DNA of 64,000 bases from Segatella copri (GTDB lineage: Bacteria; Bacillota_I; Bacilli_A; Erysipelotrichales; Erysipelotrichaceae): NCBI GenBank assembly GCA_963654445.1, contig CAVKAP010000039.1, forward strand, positions 5,208 to 69,207, given 5' to 3'. Shown in pieces: positions 19,238 to 30,490 of the stretch; position 1 is the first letter of the stretch; each line of letters starts with the position of its first letter. The position numbers and the translations under genes are program-made. Under the pieces are notes generated by a model. The model was given only the letters and a program-made list of their open reading frames with translations, ran no database searches and was not told the origin of the DNA.

Positions 19238-19862
19238 ATTCCTCTTTTATTTTTCGTTTATCTACGATCTCATCATGACAACAATTACCATCGGACAAAT
19301 CCGAATGCCGGATGAATTGCACATGCTTAGGCAAATTTTCGTAAGATATAGTATCCGTCATACAGAAAATCTTACATAGACTTCGAATGCCATATCGTTC
19401 AAACATCTCAATGTATACACATTTCGATATGCGATATTCAATCTTTCCTTCCGAAACATGAAAATAATCATATATCAGACTACCATCTTTTTCTCGCTTG
19501 TCATGATCGGATAAGTTCCATTTCCTTACAAGCTGATAGGCATTTGGAAGCCTATCTATGCCATGCAACAATCTCCGAAAAAAATTTCTTCTTGTTTCAA
19601 AGCCATTGTTTATGCTCTCAATAATCTGAGAATCCGAGAAATTCAAATCTTTTAGCCCAAGGCACATCGCAATTACAGCATACACACGTATTGCGTTTGT
19701 TGAAGGATATTGACTATGCATCTTGAAATTGTCCGAAGCATACATTTCTTTGAGCCTTTTCTCATATGCCGAAATTTCAAGATCAATTTCTGATATTTCC
19801 ATCTTCATAAGTACCTTACGATATATTTTTGTATAGTTCTTTATCGTTTTATTAATATCCAT
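19236..19862 (-). CDS. L-2-amino-thiazoline-4-carboxylic acid hydrolase-like family protein
   Basis: C-x-Y...LCKIFCMTD...R...L..G.CCHD pattern of the ATC-hydrolase family. Confidence 0.6.
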   Translation of the reverse strand: MDINKTIKNYTKIYRKVLMKMEISEIDLEISAYEKRLKEMYASDNFKMHSQYPSTNAIRVYAVIAMCLGLKDLNFSDSQIIESINNGFETRRNFFRRLLHGIDRLPNAYQLVRKWNLSDHDKREKDGSLIYDYFHVSEGKIEYRISKCVYIEMFERYGIRSLCKIFCMTDTISYENLPKHVQFIRHSDLSDGNCCHDEIVDKRKIKEE

Positions 19863-19956
19863 ACATCCTATCCTCACTCCTTGAGTAAACCTAGACAAAA
19901 CTAGGAATTTATCCCGTCATCACTTCCTACTAAACTGTTCTCTTTATAAAAACATA

Positions 19957-19976
19957 TCCCTGCCTTGAAGCAGGGA
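19957..19976 (-). terminator. Intrinsic terminator after the Gfo/Idh/MocA gene
   Basis: TCCCTGC/GCAGGGA stem followed by T-rich tract on the minus strand. Confidence 0.55.
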
Positions 19977-20002
19977 CATCGTTCGATTACGCATTTTTGT
20001 AT

Positions 20003-20974
20003 CTATTGTTCTTCTGGATAAACTAAGTTCCATTCTTTTCGACAATCCGTCATGATTTTCATGACATCCTTGGTAAAATCAAGATGCATTTGATTGTCAC
20101 CATCAATGGCTTTTTCCATATCCAATACTTCATAGCTTAAGGCTTTGGATGTATCTCCACATTCAATCACTTCTTCATGTCCATCACTCGTATATGTAAT
20201 GATTGCTTTTTGTCCTCGTGGATATTCATACATCGTAATATAGCCTTGATCAAAAACAATAGTTGCACGCTTTGGTTGTTTGGCATGCATCGATAATAAA
20301 ACCGTTGCCATTTCTTCTTGATCGTTTTTCAATAGAAGACTGGCTTGCTCATCCACACCAGTTGGTGCAAGCTTTACCTGACTTTGTACTTGATTCGGAC
20401 AGCTTGTCATAAACCAACGCACAAAGGATAGAGCATAAACACCAATATCAAGCATGGCTCCTCCGGCTAGCTTTTTATTAAAGAAGCGATTGGACATATC
20501 ATAATCCTTATAGCTTCCAAAATTCATTTGAATTAAACGTAAAGGACCTAATTCTTTTTTCACTTCATTTAATTTACGATAAATAGGCATATGGAAAATC
20601 GTCATAGCTTCAGCAAGCACAACATGATTTTCTTCTGCTAATTGAATAGCTTCTTCTAATTCATCACTATTTAAAGTGATTGATTTTTCACATAAGACAT
20701 GTTTTTTCGCTTTTAATGCTTTTCTTAAATATTGAATATGTGTATTGTGCGGTGTTGAAATATAAATCACATCAACATTCTCATCTTCAAATACATCATC
20801 AATCGAATCATAAACTTTTTTGATTTGGTATTTTTCAGCAAATTTCTCAGCTTTTTCTTTGGTTCGATTGGCTACACCATATAAATTGCCACCTAGCTCT
20901 TGCATGGCTTGTGCCAATTGATTACCAATGACACCAACACCTATTGTTACCCAATTGTATTTAATCTCACTCAT
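20003..20974 (-). CDS. Gfo/Idh/MocA family oxidoreductase
   Basis: GVGVIG, DVIYISTPHNTH, HVLCEKS and GGAMLDIGVY. Confidence 0.9.
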   Translation of the reverse strand: MSEIKYNWVTIGVGVIGNQLAQAMQELGGNLYGVANRTKEKAEKFAEKYQIKKVYDSIDDVFEDENVDVIYISTPHNTHIQYLRKALKAKKHVLCEKSITLNSDELEEAIQLAEENHVVLAEAMTIFHMPIYRKLNEVKKELGPLRLIQMNFGSYKDYDMSNRFFNKKLAGGAMLDIGVYALSFVRWFMTSCPNQVQSQVKLAPTGVDEQASLLLKNDQEEMATVLLSMHAKQPKRATIVFDQGYITMYEYPRGQKAIITYTSDGHEEVIECGDTSKALSYEVLDMEKAIDGDNQMHLDFTKDVMKIMTDCRKEWNLVYPEEQ

Positions 20975-20981
20975 AATAACC

Positions 20982-21926
20982 TCAATCAATCCAATGTTCG
21001 TCTTGTTTCAAATCTTCTTTTTCAATGGTTCCATCACTCATATGTAGCTCTTGGTTTTGAATAGTTACACGGCTGTCTGGATTAATGCTTGAAGTCACAA
21101 AGGCATTGGATCCAATAACCGATCCATGTCCAATCACCGTTTGTCCACCCAATACACTTGCACCCGAATAAATCGTTACATGATCTTCAATGGTCGGATG
21201 TCTTTTTACACCATGTAAGCTTTGTCCAGCACTTGTAGATAAAGCGCCTAAGGTTACCCCTTGGTATAATTTTACATGGTCTCCAATAGTTGTCGTCGAA
21301 CCAACGACAATACCGGTTCCATGATCAATAAAGAAATATTTTCCAATCGTTGCTCCTGGATGAATATCAATCCCTGTTTTTGAATGGGCATATTCAGTCA
21401 TCATACGAGGAATTAAAGGAACATCCAATTCCCATAAAACATGGGCAATTCGGTGAATCGTTGAAGCCAATAAGCCTGGATAGCATAAAACGATTTCATT
21501 CTTACTGTTTGCGGCTGGATCTCCATCAAACATCGCATCCAAATCCGTATCAATATAAGCGCGCATACGAGGCACTTGTTTCATAAAAGCAATTGAAATT
21601 TCTTTAGCTTTCTTTCGCACTTCATTTTCGTTCGCATTCTCATATTTTGCATCATTTCGTAAGGCAATCACCACCTGTTTTTGCAGATTAAACATCACAT
21701 CCTCAACTAAGGCAGCTAGAGTATGACGCATATTAAAAATCTTATATACCTCATCACGATAAAAGCCTGGAAAGAAAATTCTTAATAATTTATTCACAAT
21801 GTCAACAACCTTATCTTGATCGGGTTGATGAAACATGGTCATGACATCAATTTCACGTTTTTTATTATAGTCATCCATGACCAATTCAACGACTTGCTCA
21901 ACTTCATTAAATTCTAGTTCATTCAT
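20982..21926 (-). CDS. cysE: Serine O-acetyltransferase (long EpsC type)
   Basis: GDPAA, TGIDIHPGATIG, FIDHGTG, LYQGVTLGA and KRHPTI; start MNELEF after GAGGTG with its own TG-TAAAAT -10. Confidence 0.88.
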   Translation of the reverse strand: MNELEFNEVEQVVELVMDDYNKKREIDVMTMFHQPDQDKVVDIVNKLLRIFFPGFYRDEVYKIFNMRHTLAALVEDVMFNLQKQVVIALRNDAKYENANENEVRKKAKEISIAFMKQVPRMRAYIDTDLDAMFDGDPAANSKNEIVLCYPGLLASTIHRIAHVLWELDVPLIPRMMTEYAHSKTGIDIHPGATIGKYFFIDHGTGIVVGSTTTIGDHVKLYQGVTLGALSTSAGQSLHGVKRHPTIEDHVTIYSGASVLGGQTVIGHGSVIGSNAFVTSSINPDSRVTIQNQELHMSDGTIEKEDLKQDEHWID

Positions 21927-21991
21927 AAACTTACACCTCGAATCTATTTTAACAAATATAAGCCTAAATGTCTTTTTAGACGATTTGTACT

Positions 21992-23293
21992 TCATAGATC
22001 ATCAAGATATCGCTTTAAGATATTCTCTTGATAAGCAATGCGATTGTTGCTGTCTTGCATCTGTTCAATCACTTTGCACAAAGCTTCCTGTTTAATTTGT
22101 TTTAACATCTGCATTCTTTTTTCTGATGCTCTTTGATTTGAAAGAGCTGTCTTATAGTCATCAATGTCATAATGCCATAGATGTAAAGACGGATATCGAT
22201 TGACTAAACGTTGGGCAATCAATAAACCTTCCGGATCCATATCTCCACTATAGTACATAGGTATTTTTGCCTTCTGAATAAAATCCAATAGAAGATAAGC
22301 ACTATAATTCAATTGCCCATTGGTACAAATCAAAGAAATCGTTGTTTTCTTTTTTTCTTTCATTGCTTTTAATAAGGCCTGAAAAATGGATGGATTTTCT
22401 ACAATATAGACCTTTTGACAAGAAACAATGCCTTGAATGGATAATAAATTATCCATGTTGACATTCAAAGCTTCCCATGAATCATAAAAGCCTGCCCATC
22501 CCTTATGTACTTGTCCATTTTGATCAATGGCCTTTAAACGAGCAATACTACAATAATTACTAATTCCATCCTGATATAAGCCAGCCTGGTATAAAATCTC
22601 ATTTTCTTCTAAACTGGTATTCTCACTTTTCTTTATTCCTAATAAGAAAAGAATTCCTTGAATAAGACTATAACGATAAAAGCTTCCCTTATCAAAGGCA
22701 TGTGGATTTTTCGTATAGGTACTGGCAAAAACAGATAAGTTCATTTTTTTCTTTTCCCATACGGGTAAGGCATTTAAGGCTTGCATCACTTCCGATAATT
22801 GTTTTAAGCATCTATTTTTGTCCGTCTGCATCTCTTGAATAAAGCGAATATATGGCCCTTCTCGATGGTAGTAAACACTTTGAATCCAATCAGCGGACTT
22901 CCCTTCCAGTTTCATTAAAGTATCAAAAAAGGTGTGAATTTCTTTTTCTTTTTTATCCTTTATATCCTTTTTTGTCGCAATAGAAGAGCCAAAATAGAGC
23001 ATCAATACGTCATTAAAGTCACATTCTGCATAACGGGTTTCTCTAAGTGCTTTTTTTAGCTTTGTATAGGTGATTTTAACTTCCTTTTTACCAAAATAAT
23101 CTTCTCCCATCAAATTCTCTATATCACTTTGATTTTGCGTATTTATCGGTAAAAGGATTGAGCCCTTACAGGTTCCATATTTAATATATTGTTGCTTCCA
23201 TAAGTCCATAAACTGATGAAAGTGACGCTCCTTTAAGTACCTACAAAGCTCTTGATTAGCCCAACAATCGTTTTGTTTTTCCATTCCATTCAT
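21992..23293 (-). CDS. jetD: Wadjet JetD, Toprim nuclease (TIGR02679-like)
   Basis: PHAFD, IVENPS, LICTNGQ, YYSGDMDPEGLLIA and YQE motifs; last gene of a 4-gene SMC operon; exact start uncertain. Confidence 0.85.
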   Translation of the reverse strand: MNGMEKQNDCWANQELCRYLKERHFHQFMDLWKQQYIKYGTCKGSILLPINTQNQSDIENLMGEDYFGKKEVKITYTKLKKALRETRYAECDFNDVLMLYFGSSIATKKDIKDKKEKEIHTFFDTLMKLEGKSADWIQSVYYHREGPYIRFIQEMQTDKNRCLKQLSEVMQALNALPVWEKKKMNLSVFASTYTKNPHAFDKGSFYRYSLIQGILFLLGIKKSENTSLEENEILYQAGLYQDGISNYCSIARLKAIDQNGQVHKGWAGFYDSWEALNVNMDNLLSIQGIVSCQKVYIVENPSIFQALLKAMKEKKKTTISLICTNGQLNYSAYLLLDFIQKAKIPMYYSGDMDPEGLLIAQRLVNRYPSLHLWHYDIDDYKTALSNQRASEKRMQMLKQIKQEALCKVIEQMQDSNNRIAYQENILKRYLDDL

Positions 23294-26200
23294 AACGAAT
23301 CACCGTAATATAATGTGCATTGTTTGGACGATACAATTCATAAATAGCCAATGATGGAACATTTGGATAATCACCCCATAGAACCTGCGAATTCATAATA
23401 TAATCAAAGCCAAAGTTCTTAATCAATCCAAACATCATATCAATATTGTTTTCATCCACACCGGCAAAGGCTTCATCTAAGGCAATCAATAAAGGTGCAT
23501 CTTCATTGGCATAAGAGAATTTAGCCGCTACAGCCGAGAACAAAGGAATATACATTGACATAGCCTTTTCCCCACCACTAAAGACAAAGAAACGACGATC
23601 GGTTAATTCTTTTTTCTTTTCGTTGGTCTTTTCAAATAAAATCGTAAAATCAAACCATGTTCGATAGTCTAATAAATCTCTCATAATTTGATGAAAGCTT
23701 TGGGTATGATTGGGGTCCTCTGCCATTGTACGTGCAGAATGAATCTTGGATCGAAAATGCTTCGACAACAAGTCAAAATCGCTTTCTTTTAATAGCTTTA
23801 AATCCTTTTCAAGCAATTTGACGAGGTTTTCAGAGCTCAATTCATCGTCATTTTCTGCTTTTTTCGATTTCCATTGTAGACTTAATTTTAAGCTACTGCT
23901 CGTATTCATCGATTTCATATATCGATTCATCGTTTCAATCCAACGCTTACTTGAACGAATGTGCGCACGAATCTTTCTTGAAATCGTATTAACTAAGATG
24001 TCTTCGATTAAGATTCGATCCTGATTATCTAAAAGAAGATTTTGTTGGGCAATATCCTCTTCAAGATGATCAATCAATTCCATATAAGGAATTTGTTTTC
24101 CCTTATATCTTGCTTTTAAATCCAATCGTGAAATTCCTTCTTGTTCGCTATCAAAAAGTGTCACAAAATGAATGCCATATTCCTGCAAATACCCACGATT
24201 GGTATAAAAGGAGGTTTGAAAATCATTGCCTAAGCTCTCCTTTGATTTTAAATTTGGATAGCTTCGATGAATGAGCGTTTCTAGTTCCTTCAAATCCATT
24301 GCTTCTTTTGTGACATAGCCTAATCGAAGCTCCTGATCAAAGATTTCCTTTTGTCTTTGAACAAAGACAGCTTGATTTTCGGCTTGAGCTTCTCTTTCTT
24401 CGATTTCTTTACGACACCGTGCTTGAATGCTTTCTTGTTGTCCTTGTCGCTTTGATAAATCAAATAAAAGATCAGGAATCTCATTTAAACGCTTCGATAA
24501 GGTATTTAATCGTTCTTTGATATCGGCATAGCCCTTTTCATTTAATAAGGCTTCTTTTTGCGCAATCATTTTTTGGTATTGCTCAACCTGAAGTTCACAT
24601 TTTTTCAATTCATAACGAATGGAATCTAAATCATCAATTAAATCCTCATATTTTGATTGAAAGGTCTGTAGAAGCTCTAAGTTGGTTCGATATTTCATAT
24701 GCTTCTTATCTAACTCCAATAAAATCAAACGATATTGAGTAAAGGTCTCTTTTCTTAGGTAGAAATATTCCTTTGTATTTTGAATCTCTAAACGATCAGA
24801 AATAGCGGTAATCTCTTTTTTCAAAACAAATAGCTTTTCTTGGTAGGTCTTCATTCGCTTTTTATGTTGAGCCAATGCATCCATATGCTGCTTCTGTTTT
24901 AATTCCGCTTTTTCTAGATCCTGCTTTGCCACCTCTAAATCACGTTGTCCTGGATAAGAAGTCGCTTCTTTTTCTAATTGACTTAGCTTTGCCTTTAAAT
25001 CAGAAATTTCTTGTTGAATAGCTTGTTTTTCCGCTTGGAGTTCATTTAATTGTTTTTCAAAATCCTCAATTTTCTTTTTACGATAGGCTTGTCGTGCTTT
25101 TTCACCAATAAAGGTTGCCTTTGCCAACTGATTGACCTTAGCTGTTATCCATCCATTTTGATATCCCTTTTCAAAAAGTTCAATGGTCGTCTTTTCAAAT
25201 CCAAAGGCTTGGCTCATCTCATTTAGATTGAAGGAATCGTCAATGAAATAAACCTTTAAATCAGAAAGCTTTTTCTCAGTGAATAAGAACTTTTCTTCCA
25301 TATCCTCAGACAAGCTCTTTAAAGTCTCTTGATCCTTCTTTTCAACGAGAAGTGCATTTAATAAGCCCAATTGTTTAAATTGTTCTTCAATCACATTTCT
25401 TTTTTCAAAAGAAAGTGCGGTATCAAAATCTAAGAATTGATAAAGGGGTTGCGCATGAATGCCCTTGTCCTTTAAGAATTTTCTTGTCTTGGCCTGTCCC
25501 TCACTTAATTCAAAGATTGGTTCCTTTAAATCTTTCCAATAGGCCAATTGACTTTCTACATCCTGAATCTTTTCACTTACTTCTTTATATTTTGTCTTGT
25601 GATGGGACATCTGTTCAATGATTTGACTCTCATGCCAAACATATTGTTTATGGATAATTTGTTCGATGATGGAATAGGCACTATCCTCTAAATAATTGGA
25701 TAGAACCCCTTGAATTTCTTTCATCATCACTGCATTGAGCTTTAATTGATGATTTCCCTTTTCCCATAAATAGAACTTTTCTTGGTATTCTTCTTGCAAG
25801 GCAGCAAATTGTTGCTCATATTGTTCAATTTCTTTTTCAATCTCTTCTAACAAGGCTTCTTCCTTTGAAGCATCATTTTGAATATGAGCCAATAAGTCCT
25901 TTTGCTGGTCCATTTCTCTAAAAAGAGAAATGCCCTTTTCAAGCTCTTTTAATTCAGTAGAAATCTTATTTAGCGTATAGCTAAAATCATAGTCTTGATC
26001 CATCTTTGTTAAGAATTCATTTTTTAATAAAATGTGCTCATCAAATTGTAGATTTTCATTCAATTCATCCAATTCTTTAAACAATTGATGAATTTCATCC
26101 TGACATGCATCTCTTTTTTCCTCTTGTTCTTTGACCTTGATTTTTGTATCTATACAAAGATTATCTTTATTCTTCTCTTGTTGCACTTTATTTTGAAGGT

Positions 26201-27239
26201 GTTTTTTTTCTTGTTCTAAATCTGCCTTATAGCGTTGAACATCCTTGGCCACCTGCAATAAATCACTTTGTGTCAAATCACTCAATTCATCTTCTACAAG
26301 CTTTTTTTCACTTTTTAGAGCTTCAGTTTCATTTAAGATCTTTTCAATTTGTCTAGAGGCTTGCTCTTTTGATTTTTTTAATTGTTTGATCTTTTCTTCA
26401 ATTTCTTGGTATTGATTTTCCTCTTTTCGATAGGCCTGTAATTTTTTCGATAAGGACGCAAAATTATATTGTTGGTAAATGCCTTTGATGCTGATTGCTG
26501 CCTGTAGGCTTTTCTTCATAATTTCCAATTGATTTTGAATTTCATCCATATTGGATAAGGCTTCGGTCAACGGACGCAAATCCTCTTCACTTAATGGCTG
26601 TAAGGAATTGGATAACAAGCGATTGATCATAGAAGGCTTTAAAGAATTGGATAGCTTTGGTGTCCTGACCTGTACTAAAAGATTGATGGCTTCCTTATAA
26701 TCATCCATGGAAGGAAATTGGAAGAGGGCTTTATTGACCCGTTGCATATATTCTCTTTGTGTTTCAATCAATTGATCGCCAATTTGGTTTTTCAACATTT
26801 GTTTGGTGATGGCAAGATGATTATGATCCATCAATTGAATATCTTGATTGATTCTTCGATTGTCTTCAATCACAAAATACCAGGTCTGCATGGCCTTGTT
26901 TTTACGAGCACGCATACCAATTCCAACAGTTTTATAGATATCAGAATCTTCTCTTTTAAATTCTAAATAAAGATAGGCAATGCGATCATTTCGATCCGAT
27001 TCTTCATCAATCAGATAGGATTCCATCTTACGAGCCTTGGTTCCAAAAGCATCCAATCGTTCACTATTCTTATTTCCATCTAGCAATAAAGGAATAAAAC
27101 TTTGCATGGTCACAGATTTTCCACTTCCATTGCTTCCTCTTAATAAAAGATGGCCATCCTTAAAGGAAAACACTTCATTTGTGTAATACCAAAAATCAAC
27201 TAGGCCCATGCGATTCATATGCCATTTACTTGTCAACAA
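23256..27239 (-). CDS. jetC: Wadjet JetC, SMC/MukB-like ATPase (TIGR02680-like)
   Basis: Walker A GSNGSGKS, long coiled coils, signature FSGGEKA, Walker B IALDEAFAGVD. Confidence 0.9.
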   Translation of the reverse strand: MLTSKWHMNRMGLVDFWYYTNEVFSFKDGHLLLRGSNGSGKSVTMQSFIPLLLDGNKNSERLDAFGTKARKMESYLIDEESDRNDRIAYLYLEFKREDSDIYKTVGIGMRARKNKAMQTWYFVIEDNRRINQDIQLMDHNHLAITKQMLKNQIGDQLIETQREYMQRVNKALFQFPSMDDYKEAINLLVQVRTPKLSNSLKPSMINRLLSNSLQPLSEEDLRPLTEALSNMDEIQNQLEIMKKSLQAAISIKGIYQQYNFASLSKKLQAYRKEENQYQEIEEKIKQLKKSKEQASRQIEKILNETEALKSEKKLVEDELSDLTQSDLLQVAKDVQRYKADLEQEKKHLQNKVQQEKNKDNLCIDTKIKVKEQEEKRDACQDEIHQLFKELDELNENLQFDEHILLKNEFLTKMDQDYDFSYTLNKISTELKELEKGISLFREMDQQKDLLAHIQNDASKEEALLEEIEKEIEQYEQQFAALQEEYQEKFYLWEKGNHQLKLNAVMMKEIQGVLSNYLEDSAYSIIEQIIHKQYVWHESQIIEQMSHHKTKYKEVSEKIQDVESQLAYWKDLKEPIFELSEGQAKTRKFLKDKGIHAQPLYQFLDFDTALSFEKRNVIEEQFKQLGLLNALLVEKKDQETLKSLSEDMEEKFLFTEKKLSDLKVYFIDDSFNLNEMSQAFGFEKTTIELFEKGYQNGWITAKVNQLAKATFIGEKARQAYRKKKIEDFEKQLNELQAEKQAIQQEISDLKAKLSQLEKEATSYPGQRDLEVAKQDLEKAELKQKQHMDALAQHKKRMKTYQEKLFVLKKEITAISDRLEIQNTKEYFYLRKETFTQYRLILLELDKKHMKYRTNLELLQTFQSKYEDLIDDLDSIRYELKKCELQVEQYQKMIAQKEALLNEKGYADIKERLNTLSKRLNEIPDLLFDLSKRQGQQESIQARCRKEIEEREAQAENQAVFVQRQKEIFDQELRLGYVTKEAMDLKELETLIHRSYPNLKSKESLGNDFQTSFYTNRGYLQEYGIHFVTLFDSEQEGISRLDLKARYKGKQIPYMELIDHLEEDIAQQNLLLDNQDRILIEDILVNTISRKIRAHIRSSKRWIETMNRYMKSMNTSSSLKLSLQWKSKKAENDDELSSENLVKLLEKDLKLLKESDFDLLSKHFRSKIHSARTMAEDPNHTQSFHQIMRDLLDYRTWFDFTILFEKTNEKKKELTDRRFFVFSGGEKAMSMYIPLFSAVAAKFSYANEDAPLLIALDEAFAGVDENNIDMMFGLIKNFGFDYIMNSQVLWGDYPNVPSLAIYELYRPNNAHYITVIRYEWNGKTKRLLG

Positions 27240-28358
27240 TTACTTCACCTCCAAATCATAAAATCCACCAATTTTTCCACAGATTGGGAAAATTTGAATT
27301 TGGTTTTCTTCTTGTGCAATAAAGCCATTTCTTAACATGGTTGCCTTCACTTCATCACAAAGAACATCAAGATCAAGCTCTTGATATTTCTTAGGTAAAA
27401 AGGGCAAACATTCCTTAAACCAACGTTTCATCCATCGATTACATTGTTGATCATCAATTTGAGCAACCTCTTGTAAAGAAATAGAGCACTGCTTATTTTT
27501 TATCTTTTTTGTTATCTGATACATAAAGACTAAAATCAAATCCGAAAGAGCATTATTCGAAGGAAAAATATGCTTCAAAGAACAATCTTCAAACAAATTA
27601 ATATAAGCACTCGACTTATAGACCTGCAATTCACAAGAGCAATAGCTTTGAAAATCCTTTTCGATTTGATTTCGATAATGCCGAATGTAGACAAAATCCT
27701 CGTCATTTTCATCCTTTCGATAGACTCCACAGGAAAGTAGAAGTCTTCGATAAACACGCTGTCTTCTTACAATACCACGGTCTTCTTCCATGGCATACCA
27801 TTCCCCTTTTTCAATGCTTTCCTGTGAATCATACTCCATGATATCTCGAGAAAAGCTTCGTAAAATATAACGGGAATAGCCCGTATTTTCATAAAGAACT
27901 TCGGTATTTTCATCTTTGGCAAATTGATCTTCATTTCCATCTGTACATTCTATAATATGAATAGACATACAATATTGAAGAACACGAACCAAACGCCTTC
28001 TGGTTAAGTGCTTGGTCCAATCAATTTCTTCATTGCCAAATTGCATTTGAATGAATTCCGTTAAGGAAGAAAGAACAAATTGCTCCTCTCTTTCTTTATC
28101 CTCTAAAAACATCAATATATAACAATACATTTGATACTCTTCAATTGATTGAAATTCTTGAATTCCCATCCATTCTTCGACAAAACCAGGTATTTTTTCC
28201 AATTTGATTAAATAGGGCGTTAAAATCAACATGTAGCCAAATTTCTCTTGAAAGATCTTTCGGACCTCTTTAATGGAATCCTTAACTTTCAAATAGAGCT
28301 CTGGATCTTCACTACGTAAAATCCATTTGCGATTTAATAACTCTTCAAAAGCACTCAT
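27240..28358 (-). CDS. jetB: Wadjet JetB (TIGR02678-like)
   Basis: Position between jetA and jetC; LEKIP, FVLSSLTE and RVYRRLL motifs. Confidence 0.8.
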   Translation of the reverse strand: MSAFEELLNRKWILRSEDPELYLKVKDSIKEVRKIFQEKFGYMLILTPYLIKLEKIPGFVEEWMGIQEFQSIEEYQMYCYILMFLEDKEREEQFVLSSLTEFIQMQFGNEEIDWTKHLTRRRLVRVLQYCMSIHIIECTDGNEDQFAKDENTEVLYENTGYSRYILRSFSRDIMEYDSQESIEKGEWYAMEEDRGIVRRQRVYRRLLLSCGVYRKDENDEDFVYIRHYRNQIEKDFQSYCSCELQVYKSSAYINLFEDCSLKHIFPSNNALSDLILVFMYQITKKIKNKQCSISLQEVAQIDDQQCNRWMKRWFKECLPFLPKKYQELDLDVLCDEVKATMLRNGFIAQEENQIQIFPICGKIGGFYDLEVK

Positions 28359-28360
28359 AG

Positions 28361-29836
28361 CTACTCTCCTTTAAAACGAATACGAAAGCTTGGCATCGTA
28401 ATCACACCATCTTCACAGGGAACCTGAATGGTTTCTAAATTCGTTGTTTCAATTTCAAAGACTTGCCCTGCATCGGTTTTTGAACATCTTTTTTCATTTG
28501 ATAAGCCTTTTGATAACCAAGAAAATAAAATCTTTCGAGATTGTGCATCCAACATTTCTATTTTCGAAAAATCGACTACACCATCTTTAATATAGGACTG
28601 CAGCTTTTCTGTTTGAAGACGCTGCTTTTCTAGAATTTCAAGACGTTGTTGTTCAATTTCAAAATTATAATCCATGGCTGCTTTTCTTTTGGTTTTCTTT
28701 GTCGCAATGCGTGTTCGCGCTTCTAAAGAAAGTGTTGTTGGCTCTTCTTCATATACGCCACCATCAATCCAATCACTTTCTCTAGGCTTACATTCCTTCA
28801 AATGAATCGGATGATCAACCCCAAAAAGAACAGCACTTAATTTGTGGGCATCGCTTAAGGCCTGGCATTGTTTAAATAAAGAAGCTATGTGACGATACTC
28901 TTCAATTTTATTGGCTCCTTGATTTTGCATTTCACCAATTTGTTGGGCATATCTTGTGATTTTTCGAATCATTTCATTGGTGATATCAGACATTCGATTT
29001 ACTTCACTTTGCCCATCACTTCCAACAAACCAATCATAAATGCTCTTCCAACGTCCAAGCCATAAATCATAGATTTCATCTTCTTTAATTTGTACATCCA
29101 AACGAGGAATGGTCATTTCATATGCCACGGCCTTTTTTAGAATCCCTTCAATCTTCTCTAAAGGAATATCCTTGATGTAATCTTCAAGGATCATTGCTTG
29201 TTCTTGTAATCCCTTCACAAAGTTTCTTAAATACATGATGATCTTCTCTTTATAGATTAAAAAGGATTGCGTTTTCATCATTTCTTCGGCTTTTGAACTA
29301 TTCAAGGTCCGTAGATAATCTTGGTAGTTTCGATTCAATCGAATAAAATTCTCATTTAAATCTGTCCACCAAAGATTGACCTTTTCATCACTTTCTTCAT
29401 ACAAGCTTGGAATTTGAAGAATCAATGCATGAATACGTTCTAATAGAGTTGGCTCGAGTGAAGCTCCCTCCACTTCAATATTTTCTAGACGAAGCGTCAT
29501 TCGTTCAATTTCAATTGTATATTCACTTAATTGATAACGAAATTTACGATTACGAAATTCTTCAATGGTGCTTACCTTTGAACTATCTTGCATCGCAATT
29601 AAATTCTTCCATTCCATTAAGGCCTGTAAATCCGATTGACACATTTCAATCGTATAATCTGGAAATTGATGGGTTTGTTGGAGAGCCTCATAGACATCTT
29701 CTTTATATAACCAATAATTTATTTTTTCATATTGCTCAAAAAAGTAACGAATAATAACTCGATATCGTTCTACATTTTCAGCTCGAAGATAATTGACTTC
29801 GCTAATTGGCTTCATTAATTTTTCTGTTATTTTCAT
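28361..29836 (-). CDS. jetA: Wadjet JetA, kleisin-like (TIGR02677-like)
   Basis: YRVIIRYF, DLQALMEWKNL...TIEEF...YQLS; first gene of the operon. Confidence 0.82.
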   Translation of the reverse strand: MKITEKLMKPISEVNYLRAENVERYRVIIRYFFEQYEKINYWLYKEDVYEALQQTHQFPDYTIEMCQSDLQALMEWKNLIAMQDSSKVSTIEEFRNRKFRYQLSEYTIEIERMTLRLENIEVEGASLEPTLLERIHALILQIPSLYEESDEKVNLWWTDLNENFIRLNRNYQDYLRTLNSSKAEEMMKTQSFLIYKEKIIMYLRNFVKGLQEQAMILEDYIKDIPLEKIEGILKKAVAYEMTIPRLDVQIKEDEIYDLWLGRWKSIYDWFVGSDGQSEVNRMSDITNEMIRKITRYAQQIGEMQNQGANKIEEYRHIASLFKQCQALSDAHKLSAVLFGVDHPIHLKECKPRESDWIDGGVYEEEPTTLSLEARTRIATKKTKRKAAMDYNFEIEQQRLEILEKQRLQTEKLQSYIKDGVVDFSKIEMLDAQSRKILFSWLSKGLSNEKRCSKTDAGQVFEIETTNLETIQVPCEDGVITMPSFRIRFKGE

Positions 29837-29878
29837 ACCTTTTATTATACCTATCTTTTAAGAGAATAAACAACAAAA

Positions 29879-29896
29879 AGGACTCCTAAGAGTCCT
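29879..29896 (-). terminator. Intrinsic terminator between the coiled-coil gene and jetA
   Basis: AGGACTC-CTAA-GAGTCCT followed by T tract on the minus strand. Confidence 0.7.
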
Positions 29897-30431
29897 ATGC
29901 GTTGTTTAACATTCCTGTATTGAGAAAATTTACATTCTGTAGCTTTTCTACTCGTTTTTGAATTTTATCTTTTCTTCGATGCTTTAAACCTTCTTCAATT
30001 TTATTCAGTGCAAGCTTTTTTTCATTTTTCATCGCTTCTGCCATATTTAATTCAGCACGTTTAAATCCAATCAAGTTTTGTTTCAAGAAAGCTTCATATT
30101 CTAATTGATCAATTTCATGATGTAAACGACGAATTTGGCAAACCACTTGTGCAATATCTTCACGTGAGCCTCTTCCTTTCGCTTCTAGATTTTCTAATTC
30201 TTGTCGCTTAATGATAATTCTTTGTTCAGCTTCATGATAAATATCTTCCACATCCTTTAAATTTATTAAAGCTTCTTGATAATTTTCTTCTGCTTCTACT
30301 AATTCTTCATACGCAATGGAATATGCGCTCTTTTCTTCTAAATATTTTAAATGTCTTTCTTTTGCCAATCTTCTTAATTTTTGATGCTTTTCTCTAACTT
30401 CTTCAAAATAGTCATGTACGTTTTCAATCAT
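29895..30431 (-). CDS. Hypothetical charged coiled-coil protein
   Basis: E/K/R-rich heptad-like sequence; GAGAGG RBS, own promoter and terminator. Confidence 0.7.
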   Translation of the reverse strand: MIENVHDYFEEVREKHQKLRRLAKERHLKYLEEKSAYSIAYEELVEAEENYQEALINLKDVEDIYHEAEQRIIIKRQELENLEAKGRGSREDIAQVVCQIRRLHHEIDQLEYEAFLKQNLIGFKRAELNMAEAMKNEKKLALNKIEEGLKHRRKDKIQKRVEKLQNVNFLNTGMLNNA

Positions 30432-30490
30432 AAGATTGTCCTCTCTTTCTATCCCTATAAAAGGATTTTTTAGATGTTCTTGTTAATATT

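Noticed and set aside
20982..21926. cysE as supplier of O-acetylserine to SbnA, or as part of the Wadjet operon
   Set aside because: Characterised SbnA uses O-phosphoserine; cysE has its own -10 and RBS and is separated from the sbn operon by terminators
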